Of a stretch of 64,000 bases of DNA, positions 1 to 10,540 are shown in pieces. Each line of letters opens with the position of its first letter. Positions within the stretch are counted from its first letter, which is position 1. This stretch comes from Sphyrna mokarran (lineage: Eukaryota): positions 48,298,001 to 48,362,000 of the forward strand of contig JAGIQG010000011.1 in NCBI GenBank assembly GCA_024679065.1. The letters run 5' to 3'. The notes beneath the pieces were generated by a model. That model was not told the origin of the DNA, did no database searches, and saw only the letters and a list, made by a program, of their open reading frames with translations. The position numbers and the translations under genes were made by a program.

Positions 1-479
1 TAGCTGACTCTTTGCATCACCGATACCCCCGAAATTGCATTCTGATAAGTTCAATTGCTTAAAAGAATGACTACTAATATTAGCTGAACAATTCTTATTC
101 AATATGAAAGCTGACAATCTGGTTCTGCATAAAAATTAAAGTTGTGGCTCAACAGTCAGCGGGATCTGTAACATCAATGTTACAGTCCTGCCCCCTCCAA
201 ATACAAGGGATGAATAATAGTTAAACAAAATTACAGCAACCACTGAGATAGATGAGGAAGGAGTGAAATTGTCAATTATCATGCACCTATTCTCTGACTA
301 GTGAGCATTTATATTTGTGTTTGTCAATTATTGAATAACCAACTAACAACTATGCTCTTTGGTGAGGACAGACCACTCCCTTAGATCAAAATGGCTCTCA
401 ACCTGAAAAGTTGGAAATGAGTCACTGTTCTGTATCAGATTTGATTATGAAATAAACGATTCAGGCAGTTCAGAATATT

Positions 480-1700
480 TAATGGCACATGCTCCTGAAT
501 GAGTTAGTATTGCCATGGTCAGTGGCTTCATGTCCAGCATTAAAGTAGTCAAGTGAATTTAGGCATTAGTTCCCCTGCTACTCCATTCACCAGGCTGCAG
601 CCACTCCTTCCCCTTTCATACTCTGTGAAAGATAAAGGCTGCCAGATGCAGCGCCATAGAAGCCTCTGGCAGAAGTGCGGATCATCAGCAGCTGCTTCTG
701 GAATGGTGCATCTTAAGAAGGGTATTCCTGTGTATGGAAGCAGCTGAACTGGTGCTACCCTGACTAACTGGCTAGTGTGATGCCATTATCCAAATTTGGA
801 TTATGAAGATCCATTGTATAAATCTGTAAGTCTCTCACCAAAGATCAAGAAATTTGCTGTGAGAGGTCTAGAGGACTAAATATCCAACTTGTAGGATGAT
901 TTTTAAGAACTTCTGCTACTGCAAAGTGACTGGGAGCTCTGTGGAGTGATTTTGATGATGCTGTATGTCCTTGGATTTGCCTTATATTTTATTACATCCT
1001 CAAAAGGAAGGTGAGGATTAGGTGACCTGTCCTCACAAAAGCTGCAACAAATATGGGGACAGCAGGCGTAGTGTCTTTGGATCCACAAAATGACAGAAAA
1101 ATAGAGTAAAGACTGTGGAAAAGACTCATCCTGCACCACACAGCCTGCCAAGTTGGAATGGGACTTCTCCATGAGGTGGAGCATCAAGATGTTATGTATG
1201 AGTCCTGAGTACCAGAGAGTGCTGCTGTATGAGTGATGGGGTGTGGTGTAATGTCATGTGAAGATGCATTCTCTGATCCTGATTTCTTGTGGCACCGCTG
1301 CAATGTCATTGGTTCCAGATGCCAAAAATTTATCTTCCTGGCCACCTATTCGCAAACCCTTTGGAAGGCTATCCTTGAGGATCTTCCTGCCCTTTAAAGA
1401 GCCACAGGAACTTGTCCATTTCCTCCACTAATGGCTCCAGCACTGCACTCATGAGCGTGGAATCTCATCTTTGCCTGGATGTCCCATTTTCCTTATTTGT
1501 AATTGCAGTACTTAGCAATGAGTGCCTCTTGTTTGATGCAGCATCCTCTATGAGAGGTAGGCTGAAAACTGTTGCAATACATGCTCTTAGAACAGGACTG
1601 TATTGTCCCTTGATCAGCACAGAAGCAGCAGGCAGCTGAAACAAGAGTGCATCTCAGTTCTGTGCATCAATGAGCCAAATGAAGTTGTAGCGCAAATTTG
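480..1700 (-). mobile_element. Highly decayed LINE (possibly RTE-like) fragment
   Basis: Only weak, broken RT-like motifs on the minus strand; no intact frame. Confidence 0.3.
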
Positions 1701-2339
1701 TGTGTTGAAACACTTCTACCGGAAACAATGCAGGCAAGTCATGAATTGTAACTCCAAGTCCAATCTTGGCATTACTCTAATGTTAAAGCTGTAGTTGTTT
1801 CACTAGCTGTTAGAATGCATCGGGTCCAGGTCCATGGACGTAGTAAGGGAATGGGAAGATGGTAACAAAATGATGAAAGTAAATGAAGAATGAAAAACTT
1901 AGAGAAAAGGATCTGGGTACGTCTAGAGAGAGATATTTTTGTAAAATAAATATACAGGTATAAAGCAATACAAGAGAAAGGGAATGAAAATTTGATGAAG
2001 CATGCAGAAAGAGGAAAAGGAAATGCAAGTAGCAAAATGTTAGCAGTGTTGGAGTTTTGCAGAGTTTGGATGGCATACAGGTAATGTCTCCGATATGTGA
2101 AAATTGGAATTATCCAGAAATAGGACATTTTTCTCTTGGGAGACCTATGTGTTGCATCCAGAACATAGTAAGTGTGCAAGTGAAAAGGCCAATCTCAAAC
2201 TAATCCCAGAAGATTGACGGTGTGAGTGCTGTCCACAAACAGTACTGTGTTGTTAAAACAATTGCCCAAACCTCATACTGTTTGGGGTGCACCCAGGGAA
2301 AACACACAAGAAAGGGATTAAAAAATAGCAGATCCGCAA

Positions 2340-2475
2340 TAGCTACAAGAACTGGAAAAATGTTATTTTTTTAAACTTAGAGCTCTGATGAAGGGTATCC
2401 AAACTCAAAACGTTGCTCTATTGTCTCTTTGCTGTCAGAGCTGCTAAGATTTTCTGGCATTTTTTGTTTTTGTTG
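2340..2475 (+). repeat. Penelope-type terminal-repeat relic with degenerate hammerhead core
   Basis: agagct-CTGATGA-agggt..actc-AAAA-cg-tt-gctct; imperfect palindromic flanks. Confidence 0.55.
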
Positions 2476-3729
2476 TAACTGTAAAATGTTCTTGCATATT
2501 GCTGTTAAGGGATGTGGCTTCAGCAATACTACCATCAGATCAGCAATGCATTCAGAAATTTTTAGAAATGAACTCGGCACCACCTGGCAAAAATTGTGCA
2601 TTTACATTCAGATGGTAGTATCTGTTCATTGATTTGCTGTCATGAACTGTACCGTTAAAGTTATGGCCCATTTTTCCATTAAGAGCAAAAACTGCCAGTT
2701 TCACCAGCAGAAAACCTAAAATCTGGCAATGTCTCGATTCTGAGGGTGATGGATTTTGGACACCGGACATGTACGGGCAATACAGAAGACATATGGTTCA
2801 GAGAATGAGAACTGAAATCAGACAGAAATACAAAGTTGACAGAAAGAAATGTGCCAGAGCTATGAAGTGACAAAGGGTAGAAAGCAAGTAAAATAGAAAA
2901 AAATAGAATACACATGAGAAGATGGTGAAATTTAATGCCTCCCAGGAGATGGGTTCAGAGACAAGCCATCTGACTATGTGGAAAGTACAGGGTGAGATTC
3001 TACCACCTTTCTGTCTCCATTTGGTTAAGTCCATGAAGGGAAGGCTCAGGATATCCTTCCCAACCAAAAACAATTGAGGTCTTTAAGGCACAACTCAAGG
3101 GATAATTAAGGGCCTCTTATCGAGCCTGCTATGTGACCAGCAACTGACTACACCTGTTTTTAAACATCCATCAATGGGAACAGAGGGACTAGGAGTAATA
3201 CTGCCTTCTCAATCCAACTGTCAAATCAACCCCCTTTCACCCTCTCACCATGGCCCCATATAACCCACCCCATTCACCTTATTCCTGGAGCTCTATCTCT
3301 GAACCTCTACCCAAGCTACACTGAAGTACCTGCAGTGCCCACTATTCCTGGGAGCACTGTTAGTATGAGAGAACTGCCAGCTTCTGGGCAAAATGTTCCC
3401 TCCCAGTAGAGAAAAAGTTTGAGAGGAGGAAGATAAATGCCCAATTGGACTTAACCCCATCAGATCACCTGACTATGGCAGAGTTGCCACTGGTTTTCCC
3501 ATTGGTGGTCAAAATCCTATTCAATGCGTAGGAGAACAGACATAAATTGTTCCTGAAAATGATAAAATTATTTTTCTCTATATGAGCAACAAGTTTAGAC
3601 AGAGGAAAAATCAATGTAGCTGGAAGTATATCTGAATTTATTAGGCAGGTTTCACTGACAAATTGTTCCCAGACTCATTCCATCCACTTTTGTAGATGCT
3701 GCTTCCCTTGCAACTGAGTAAAAAATCAC

Positions 3730-5300
3730 GACCGGGATTCTCCCAGTCCGCTGCACTGCTCGAGTATCGTGAAATGCCAAGGGGGCATGGGCATTGCCAA
3801 GTGGCCAGGCCAGATGGCCTTGGCCTACTGGAAGTGGCGATTGCTGGTAGTGGGCAGGGGACCCACTGTGCATTCAGCAATGAGATCAGTGGGGGAGGGA
3901 AGAAGTGATCGGGCTGGCCATCAGGCCTGGCTAAATGGTGGGGGGAGATCGGAGCTGCTGCTATGGGGGATGGGGGTGTAGCTGGCAATCAAAGGAGGTG
4001 AGAGGGTCAGGAATGATATTGGTAGGCTAATGAACAGGAGACCGGCAATAGAGAGGCCAGTGTGTAAGCACCAATTTCCTCACTATGTCGCCACCTCTCC
4101 AGCGGGATAAAGTCCTGTCCTTCCACTTACCAGCATGAATCACTCTGAGGGACAGACTGCCAGAGATTCGTTTGGAAAGTAGGCCCAAAAATCAGCAGGA
4201 AATTCCCCTATTTTCTCGCCAATTGGGCACTTAGTTTAGTTTTGGGAGAATCCTGGCCCAGATGTAGGGAACTATAGCGGAAATGTCATGTTATGCCTCT
4301 TTGGTTTGGATTTTGTCAAAAGCATGTCATTCTTGATATTGTAACTGGCACAGTGCACTATTCCTGCTTTCTCTCTTTTTGCCCTTTCTCATGTGATTAC
4401 ACTTAAAATTCTAAGTGCCAATAGTGTTCACGGAAAACACATACAATATGGTGGCAGGGAAAACTTTTCATTAGTGAAACTGGCTGTCAGCTAACAATGC
4501 TGAATCTATGACAATTAGAAACGGGCAACAAATGCTGGCTTTGCCAACAATACCCACATCCCATGAAAGAATTTAAAAAATGGCCTATTCAAAAGCTTCC
4601 TGTTCAAGACTATCATACTCCACTAATTAAGAGTGCCACATAATTTGAAGAAATATCTGACCATTGAAGCAGACCAGTGGTTTAGCAATATCTCCGAGTT
4701 CATTCTCTTCCAGGTAATCAGGAAAACGTAAGTGATGCTCTTTCCCAAAGATGGCATAAGAAAACTCTCCCCATGGTGGCCTGGATGGAGGTGGCACAGG
4801 AGGTGTGCAACCATGGGGTGATCAGGCAAAATTGGGATTAGTGCCAGAGATTATTCCAGAGAACTGGATTATTGATGTTCTCCTATCCACAAAGATAAAT
4901 GCCTGTATTACATCCTTAACATGAGTGTCTCATGTAGCCTTCGATAGTGTATACCAGTGGACACCTTTGCCAGAAATGAGAATGTGATCAACCTTTGTTT
5001 CATATGACAATTGTGGAAGTTTGACTTATGTCTGCACTTGATTGTAAAATGTGAAAAACACGCCAGTATGAGTGACGGGGATGCATGCACACAAGGATGT
5101 TAGGTGTCACTTGACATGTCACTTGTCACGCAGGACAAAGAGACTCATAATGCCAGGAAGAGAAGATGCATAGGATGAGGAGCTCTTGACCTAAAGCTCC
5201 TTACAGCTGCCAAGGAGGAGGCGATGTAGATCACTGGTCAGGAGAGATGCAATCTGTGGCAGATGGAGAGACTGGACCAGCAGGAATAAGGAAGAAACTG
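3730..5300 (+). mobile_element. PIF/Harbinger-type relic with decayed Myb/SANT-like gene
   Basis: ~4780-4850 reads AWMEVAQEVCNHGVIRQNWD*CQR (trihelix-like). A second exon after gcag| at ~5134 reads DKETHNARKR..G*GA..LLTAAKEEA. Confidence 0.55.
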
Positions 5301-6292
5301 TGACTGTTGTTAGGGTGGCATATCACCCAATTCATTAGTTTCAAAATGCTTTGGAACATCCTAAGATCATAAAAGACATCATACAAAGACATTTTCAAAT
5401 GGCAGAATTGGTATCGGCATGGAATGAATTAACACAGCATTCTTCTCATCTCTGCAATCAGCATGACCTTATTCCCCTGAATGTGTCAAGAAAAATTGTG
5501 ATCAGTCAAGATCAGATTCAACATTGAGGTTGAAGTGACATCTTTAAAAATTGTTTTCCTTTAGTAACTTCAAGGTCTACCAGTGACAAAAACCAAGGTG
5601 ACTGAATAATTAAATGCATTTCACCAAATGTTAAATATAAAAGTTAAATATTGTAATTTTAAAAGTACCCTGTAAATTATGCTTAATAAACCACACCATA
5701 TTCAAATGACAATGGATTCCTATCAGTGGGCTCTGAATTTTTGCCAGAAATATCTGAGACGTTATCAGGCAACACATGACTGTTTTTCCCAGTGCAAGGA
5801 GAAAAGACTGGAGATGGAATATTCCTATCAGACTAAGTGCCATAGTGGGTACAGGAATGTAGTGTTTCCCGCTGGAAGACAGACACACCAAGTCTTCTGG
5901 CCTTGAATTAATTAATCATGCATCTGGGTATTTTGTGGCATATTCAGAGGCTGGATAGGCCTGGATGGCACCTATTCCACTATCATACTAATGTCCCATA
6001 TTTAAAAGATGCCCAAAATCACTAATTGATTGAAAAAAGAAGGTGGAAGTCCTGAAAGTGAAGATGGATCTCTGGGAATACTCTGAGGCTGGAAGATGGA
6101 CCACTGAGAATGAAGACAGATCTCTAGGAATATTCTGAACATGGAACCCCTCTAAGTGCATTAACTACAAGGTCCACGCACAGATGCTCCCCAGACCACT
6201 TGTTCCAGGATTCAGCCTTCATTCTAAACTCCTGAAAAAACCCCAGGCATTGTTCAAATGAGTCCTGACATCTACATGCCACATTGTTCCAA

Positions 6293-6318
6293 GTGTGTGT
6301 GTGTGTGTGTGTGTGTGT
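6293..6318. repeat. (GT)n microsatellite
   Basis: Uninterrupted GT run. Confidence 0.95.
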
Positions 6319-7437
6319 ATACATGTGCGTGCACATGCACACATGTTGGAGGTGGTAGGCGAGGTGGCGATGGTTCCACTTTTATTGGTATTCCACTAAC
6401 CAATTTCTGGGCCTTCTGCTATATTTGCCTACTGTGCCTGGCATCAAACATGCCATGCCCACAGGAGCTTGGGAGAATTCTGCCCAAGAAATAGAATGTT
6501 CCTTATCATTCACAAGCACTCCACTGTTTCAGCATAGGATGTAGAAGCTGAATTTGCAACAATGCTGTAAATTAAATAATAATAATTTCTTAGATGGCAG
6601 GCTGACAGAAGCACCTGACAAAGCCAAGATTTTGCGCCCATCTTTGCTGCAGGGGCAAACAGCAGTATGGCTGCAAAATCCCATTAGAATCCAAAAGTGA
6701 GATTCCTGCTGGTGAGATCTTGTGGTGTGAACGTCCACATTCCCCACCACTGAGGTGATGAGATTTCCACCCAGGAAGTTTGGGAATCTTATTTAAACAG
6801 ATGTAAATGTAATTAGCAGGCTTACCCACTTATCGTTCTCCAGTTTGGGATTTTCTCCCTCACCATGTGATGTCACGTCAGCAATGTTCACAACAATTTT
6901 TTAAAATGCAAATCAGGAGAAGGGAACCCACGAGAGGGCGCAGGTCAGTACAGTCCTAGAGGGCGGGGCACATGCTGGACAGTACCCTGGCATAATGTTG
7001 AGGTACCAACAGCAGCACTGGGGCAGAGCCAGGATGTATTGCCAAGGAGGTTTCTCTTGGGAGCTCCATAATGGGTTCACTGTTAAGTGGAGGGTTGATA
7101 TCCTTTGGAGGGTGGAGGGGAAGGGGATTGTTCCTGTGTATGTGTTGCAGGGGTTCCTCTTTTTACTGGAGATAGAAGATGCCATTTTTAAAGGCACCCT
7201 GATTTCTGGAAGCCCAACGTTGTTGGTTTTTGAGGCTCTGCCTGCCAACATAATGGTGTGATTCATGTGTCCGACATTTTTTTCTTCCAAGTTCTGGAAA
7301 GTATACTGCGAAAAGTGGTATACAGCTCGCTGGCATAGCTTCTTTTCTCACCTGAACCAACACTTAGAAGATGAAAAAGAAAATTCTGCCCATGTGTTGG
7401 TTCAAATGATACCCATGTTACAAGACATCCCAAATTG

Positions 7438-9133
7438 CGATCTGATCAGGGATACGCAGCATGGCTTCGTCAAGGGGAAGTCTTGTCTTACGAATCTAGT
7501 GGAATTTTTTGAAGAAGTGACAAAAACAGTTGATGAAGGACAGGCTGTTGATGTCGTCTACATGGATTTCAGTAAGGCGTTTGACAAGGTTCCTCATGGT
7601 AGGCTGATAGAGAAGGTGAAGGCGCATGGGATACAGGGTCTGGTATGTAGATGGGTCGAGAACTGGCTCGGGAGGAGGAGACAGAGGGTAGTAGTGGAAG
7701 GCTCTTTTTCCGGCTGGAAGCCTGTCACTAGTGGAGTGCCACAAGGCTCAGTACTAGGTCCTCTTCTATTTGTGGTCTACATAAACGACTTGGAAGTTGG
7801 GGTAGGTGGGGAGATCAGCAAATTTGCTGATGACACCAAGATGCTTGGATTGGCGGGTACAGAAGAGCAGTGTCAGGCAATACAACAGGACATAGACAGG
7901 TTGGTAGACTGGGCAGATAGATGGCAAATGGAATTTAATCCGGATAAATGCGAGGTGATGCATTTTGGCCGAAAAAATGTAGAAGAGAGTTATAGGATAA
8001 AAGGTAAAACTATACGGAGCATAGAGACGCAGAGAGACTTGGGGGTGCAGGTTCACAAGTCTCTGAAGGTGTCCTCACAGGTGGAGAAGGTGATAAAGAA
8101 GGCGTATAGTATGTTAGCTTTCATAGAAAAGGGTATAGAATACAAGAGTAGGAGTTTGATGTTGCAGTTGGATACAACTTTGGTTAGGCCTCACTTGGAA
8201 TACTGCGCCCAGTTCTGGTCTCCGTACTATCGGAAGGATGTGGAGTCCTTGGAGAGAGTGCAGAGGAGGTTTACCAGGATGCTGCCTGGTATGGAAGGAC
8301 TGTCCTATGAGGAACGATTAGATAGACTGGGGTTGTTTTCCCTTGAAAGACGTCGGCTTAGAGGGGATCTCATAGGGGTGTATAAGATTATAAGGGGTAT
8401 AGATAGAGTAAATGGAGGTAAACTTTTTCCACCTTTAGAAATGGATAGGACGAGGGGTCATGGCCATAGGGTTAGGGGGGCTATGTATAGGACGAATATT
8501 AGAGGGCAGTTTTTCACACAAAGGGTAGTGGGGGTGTGGAATGCACTGCCGAGTAAGGTGGTGGGAGCAGGCACGCTGGGGCTGTTTAAGGGTCTCTTGG
8601 ACAGCCACATGAACGGTATGCAGATAGAGGGATATATTAGGACTGTTTAACTACAGCTTTTTTTCCACAGGTAATTCGGTCCATACTTGACCAACATTGA
8701 GCATGCATTCGGCAGGTGGTGCGGGTACAGCTCTTGGATGTTGATTCATGGGTTGCCTGGTACCTCATGTCGTAAATGAGTGCTTTATGTGGACCATCTG
8801 AAGGGCACCATGACAGCTCAAAGACTATCGATGTGGCTGTGCAGACACTTGGAATTGGGCCGGTGTCTGCGGGAGTTTGCGCGTTCTCCCCGTGGTTGCG
8901 TGGGTTTTCTCCGGGCACTCCGGTTTCCTCCCACAACCCAAAAATTCGCTCTTAGGCTGATTGGGAAACAAATTGTCCCTATGGTGAAAATTTTCCATAT
9001 TAGGAATAATATATATATTATTTATAGGAATATTAAAATAGGATAATGTATTTGCTACTATATAGTATGACGGCAGCGCGGGCTCGTTGGGCCGAAGGGC
9101 CTGTTTCCCGTGCTGTGTTGCTTAAAAAAAAAA
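7438..9133 (+). mobile_element. Young 5'-truncated CR1 LINE: uninterrupted RT/C-terminal ORF2 (to 8650) plus long composite 3' UTR
   Basis: QHGF..GKSCLTNL, DFSKAFDKVPH, SGVPQGSVLGP, KFADDTK, LVRPHLEYC; no stops; CR1 tail ggccgaagggcctgtttc..tgctgtg and A-run. Confidence 0.96.
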
Positions 9134-9284
9134 TAGTCAGGCTGCTTATCAGAAGTTGTCAAACTGGTGAATTTTGCTTAGCTCAAATCAAAGAACAGTA
9201 GACATCATTGAGGATTAATTGTCAATAATTATTCAATTCCTTTATTAGGTGCTAGCCAATCTTACCTGCATTACATAATATAAA

Positions 9285-9336
9285 CAACATCGAAGGCCGA
9301 AGGGCCTGTTCTGCGCTGTAATGTTCTATGTTCTAA
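9285..9336 (+). mobile_element. CR1 3'-tail fragment
   Basis: caacatcgaaggccgaagggcctgttctg..tgttctatgttcta, nearly identical to 22654-22704. Confidence 0.85.
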
Positions 9337-10343
9337 ACTGTTGTTTACATACACTTCTATCAACAGGATCAGGACTTCATTTTGTCCTCTGGAACTGGTC
9401 ACCTTCTTACATGCTACTGACCTTTCTTACCCTAACAGCAGTTTCAGTTATTCTCCTCAGGCTTTATCTGACTAATTTGTTATGGTTGTTTCCCTACTTT
9501 ATCATACTTGAACCATAATTCCAAATGTTTGTATAATATTCATCATTCTTATCTTATTTTTAACAATCCTCTAGGTCTCTAAACCTGTTAGTGGTTCTTT
9601 ATTATTCTTCAGCAATTAACCATATTAGCACAACTTTTAGTCACATTTTAATCATACGACTATTTTCATTGAAGTGACAGTTGACTTTCTAAATATCAGA
9701 ATTTGAAAATTCGTATTTCTGTCAACAATGTCATTGGCACAATCTATTGGAGCCGATATGACCACAATTCAGATATCCTTGTCGTACAGATACAGAGGCA
9801 TAGGTACTTAGACCTTTCCAAAATAATTCAATTTGGGATGGTGACCTTTCCCCATATAATTACATTTTTACTAAATCTAATTTCATTAGTTTGTAACAGT
9901 GGGTGTTAAGCATGATGAAGAACCAAAAACCTGAAAAGGACAAGATTCTACAATTTCTCACATACCAAGGTGTTGATTGAGCTCAAGAATATGTGATGCA
10001 TATTCATTAATAGATTATGTGACCGGTGCTACAGGACAAATGACATATGTATATAGTGGGTCTCAAAAATGAAAAGGAAAATAGTCTTACTCTAAACCAA
10101 AAACAGAAAATATATACGAAAGAGTGTTGGTGTTCATTGAGAAAATGAAATGGAAATAAGTGTAAAATTAAATGTGATATTACAAAAAATATATGCACAC
10201 CTGTATAAAATGAAATGTAAATATGCAGTTTATATATAACTATGGATCTCATAGTTTTGCCCCTGGGAATCTGGATAAGTCTGTTTGATAAGGAAAGAAT
10301 GTCTACAAGTTATATTTTATAATATATATACTATAATTACATA

Positions 10344-10540
10344 GTAAGAAGTCTCACAACACCAGGTTAAAGCCCAATAGGCTTATTTAGAAGCACAAGC
10401 TTTCGAACGTTGCCTTTTATCAGGTCAAACTCACCTGATGAAGGGGCAGCACTCCAAAAGCTCATGCTACCAAATAAACCTGTTGAACTTTAATCTGGTG
10501 TTGTGCCCACCCAATCCAACACCGGCATCTCCACATCATG
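10344..10540. repeat. Palindromic Penelope-derived repeat with two opposed degenerate minimal hammerhead cores
   Basis: Inverted arms cacaacaccaggttaaag / ctttaatctggtgttgtg; CTGATGA at 10435-10441 and a mirror CTGATAA..GAAAGCT on the minus strand. Confidence 0.75.

Noticed and set aside
7265-8650. 461 aa ORF as a domesticated RT or host-RT fusion gene
   Set aside because: The first ~57 codons are flanking DNA that happens to be open. The rest is standard CR1 ORF2 of a young truncated copy, with no promoter or splice evidence.
8637-8936. Similar antisense ORFs in the three UTR modules (8637, 49689, 54312)
   Set aside because: Frames shift between copies, and starts and stops differ. Nucleotide homology explains the similarity.
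8671-8960. Frame after the acceptor whose stops are all TGA (selenoprotein or readthrough idea)
   Set aside because: The 54.2 kb copy has TAA in the equivalent frame plus frame-breaking indels, and no SECIS was recognised.
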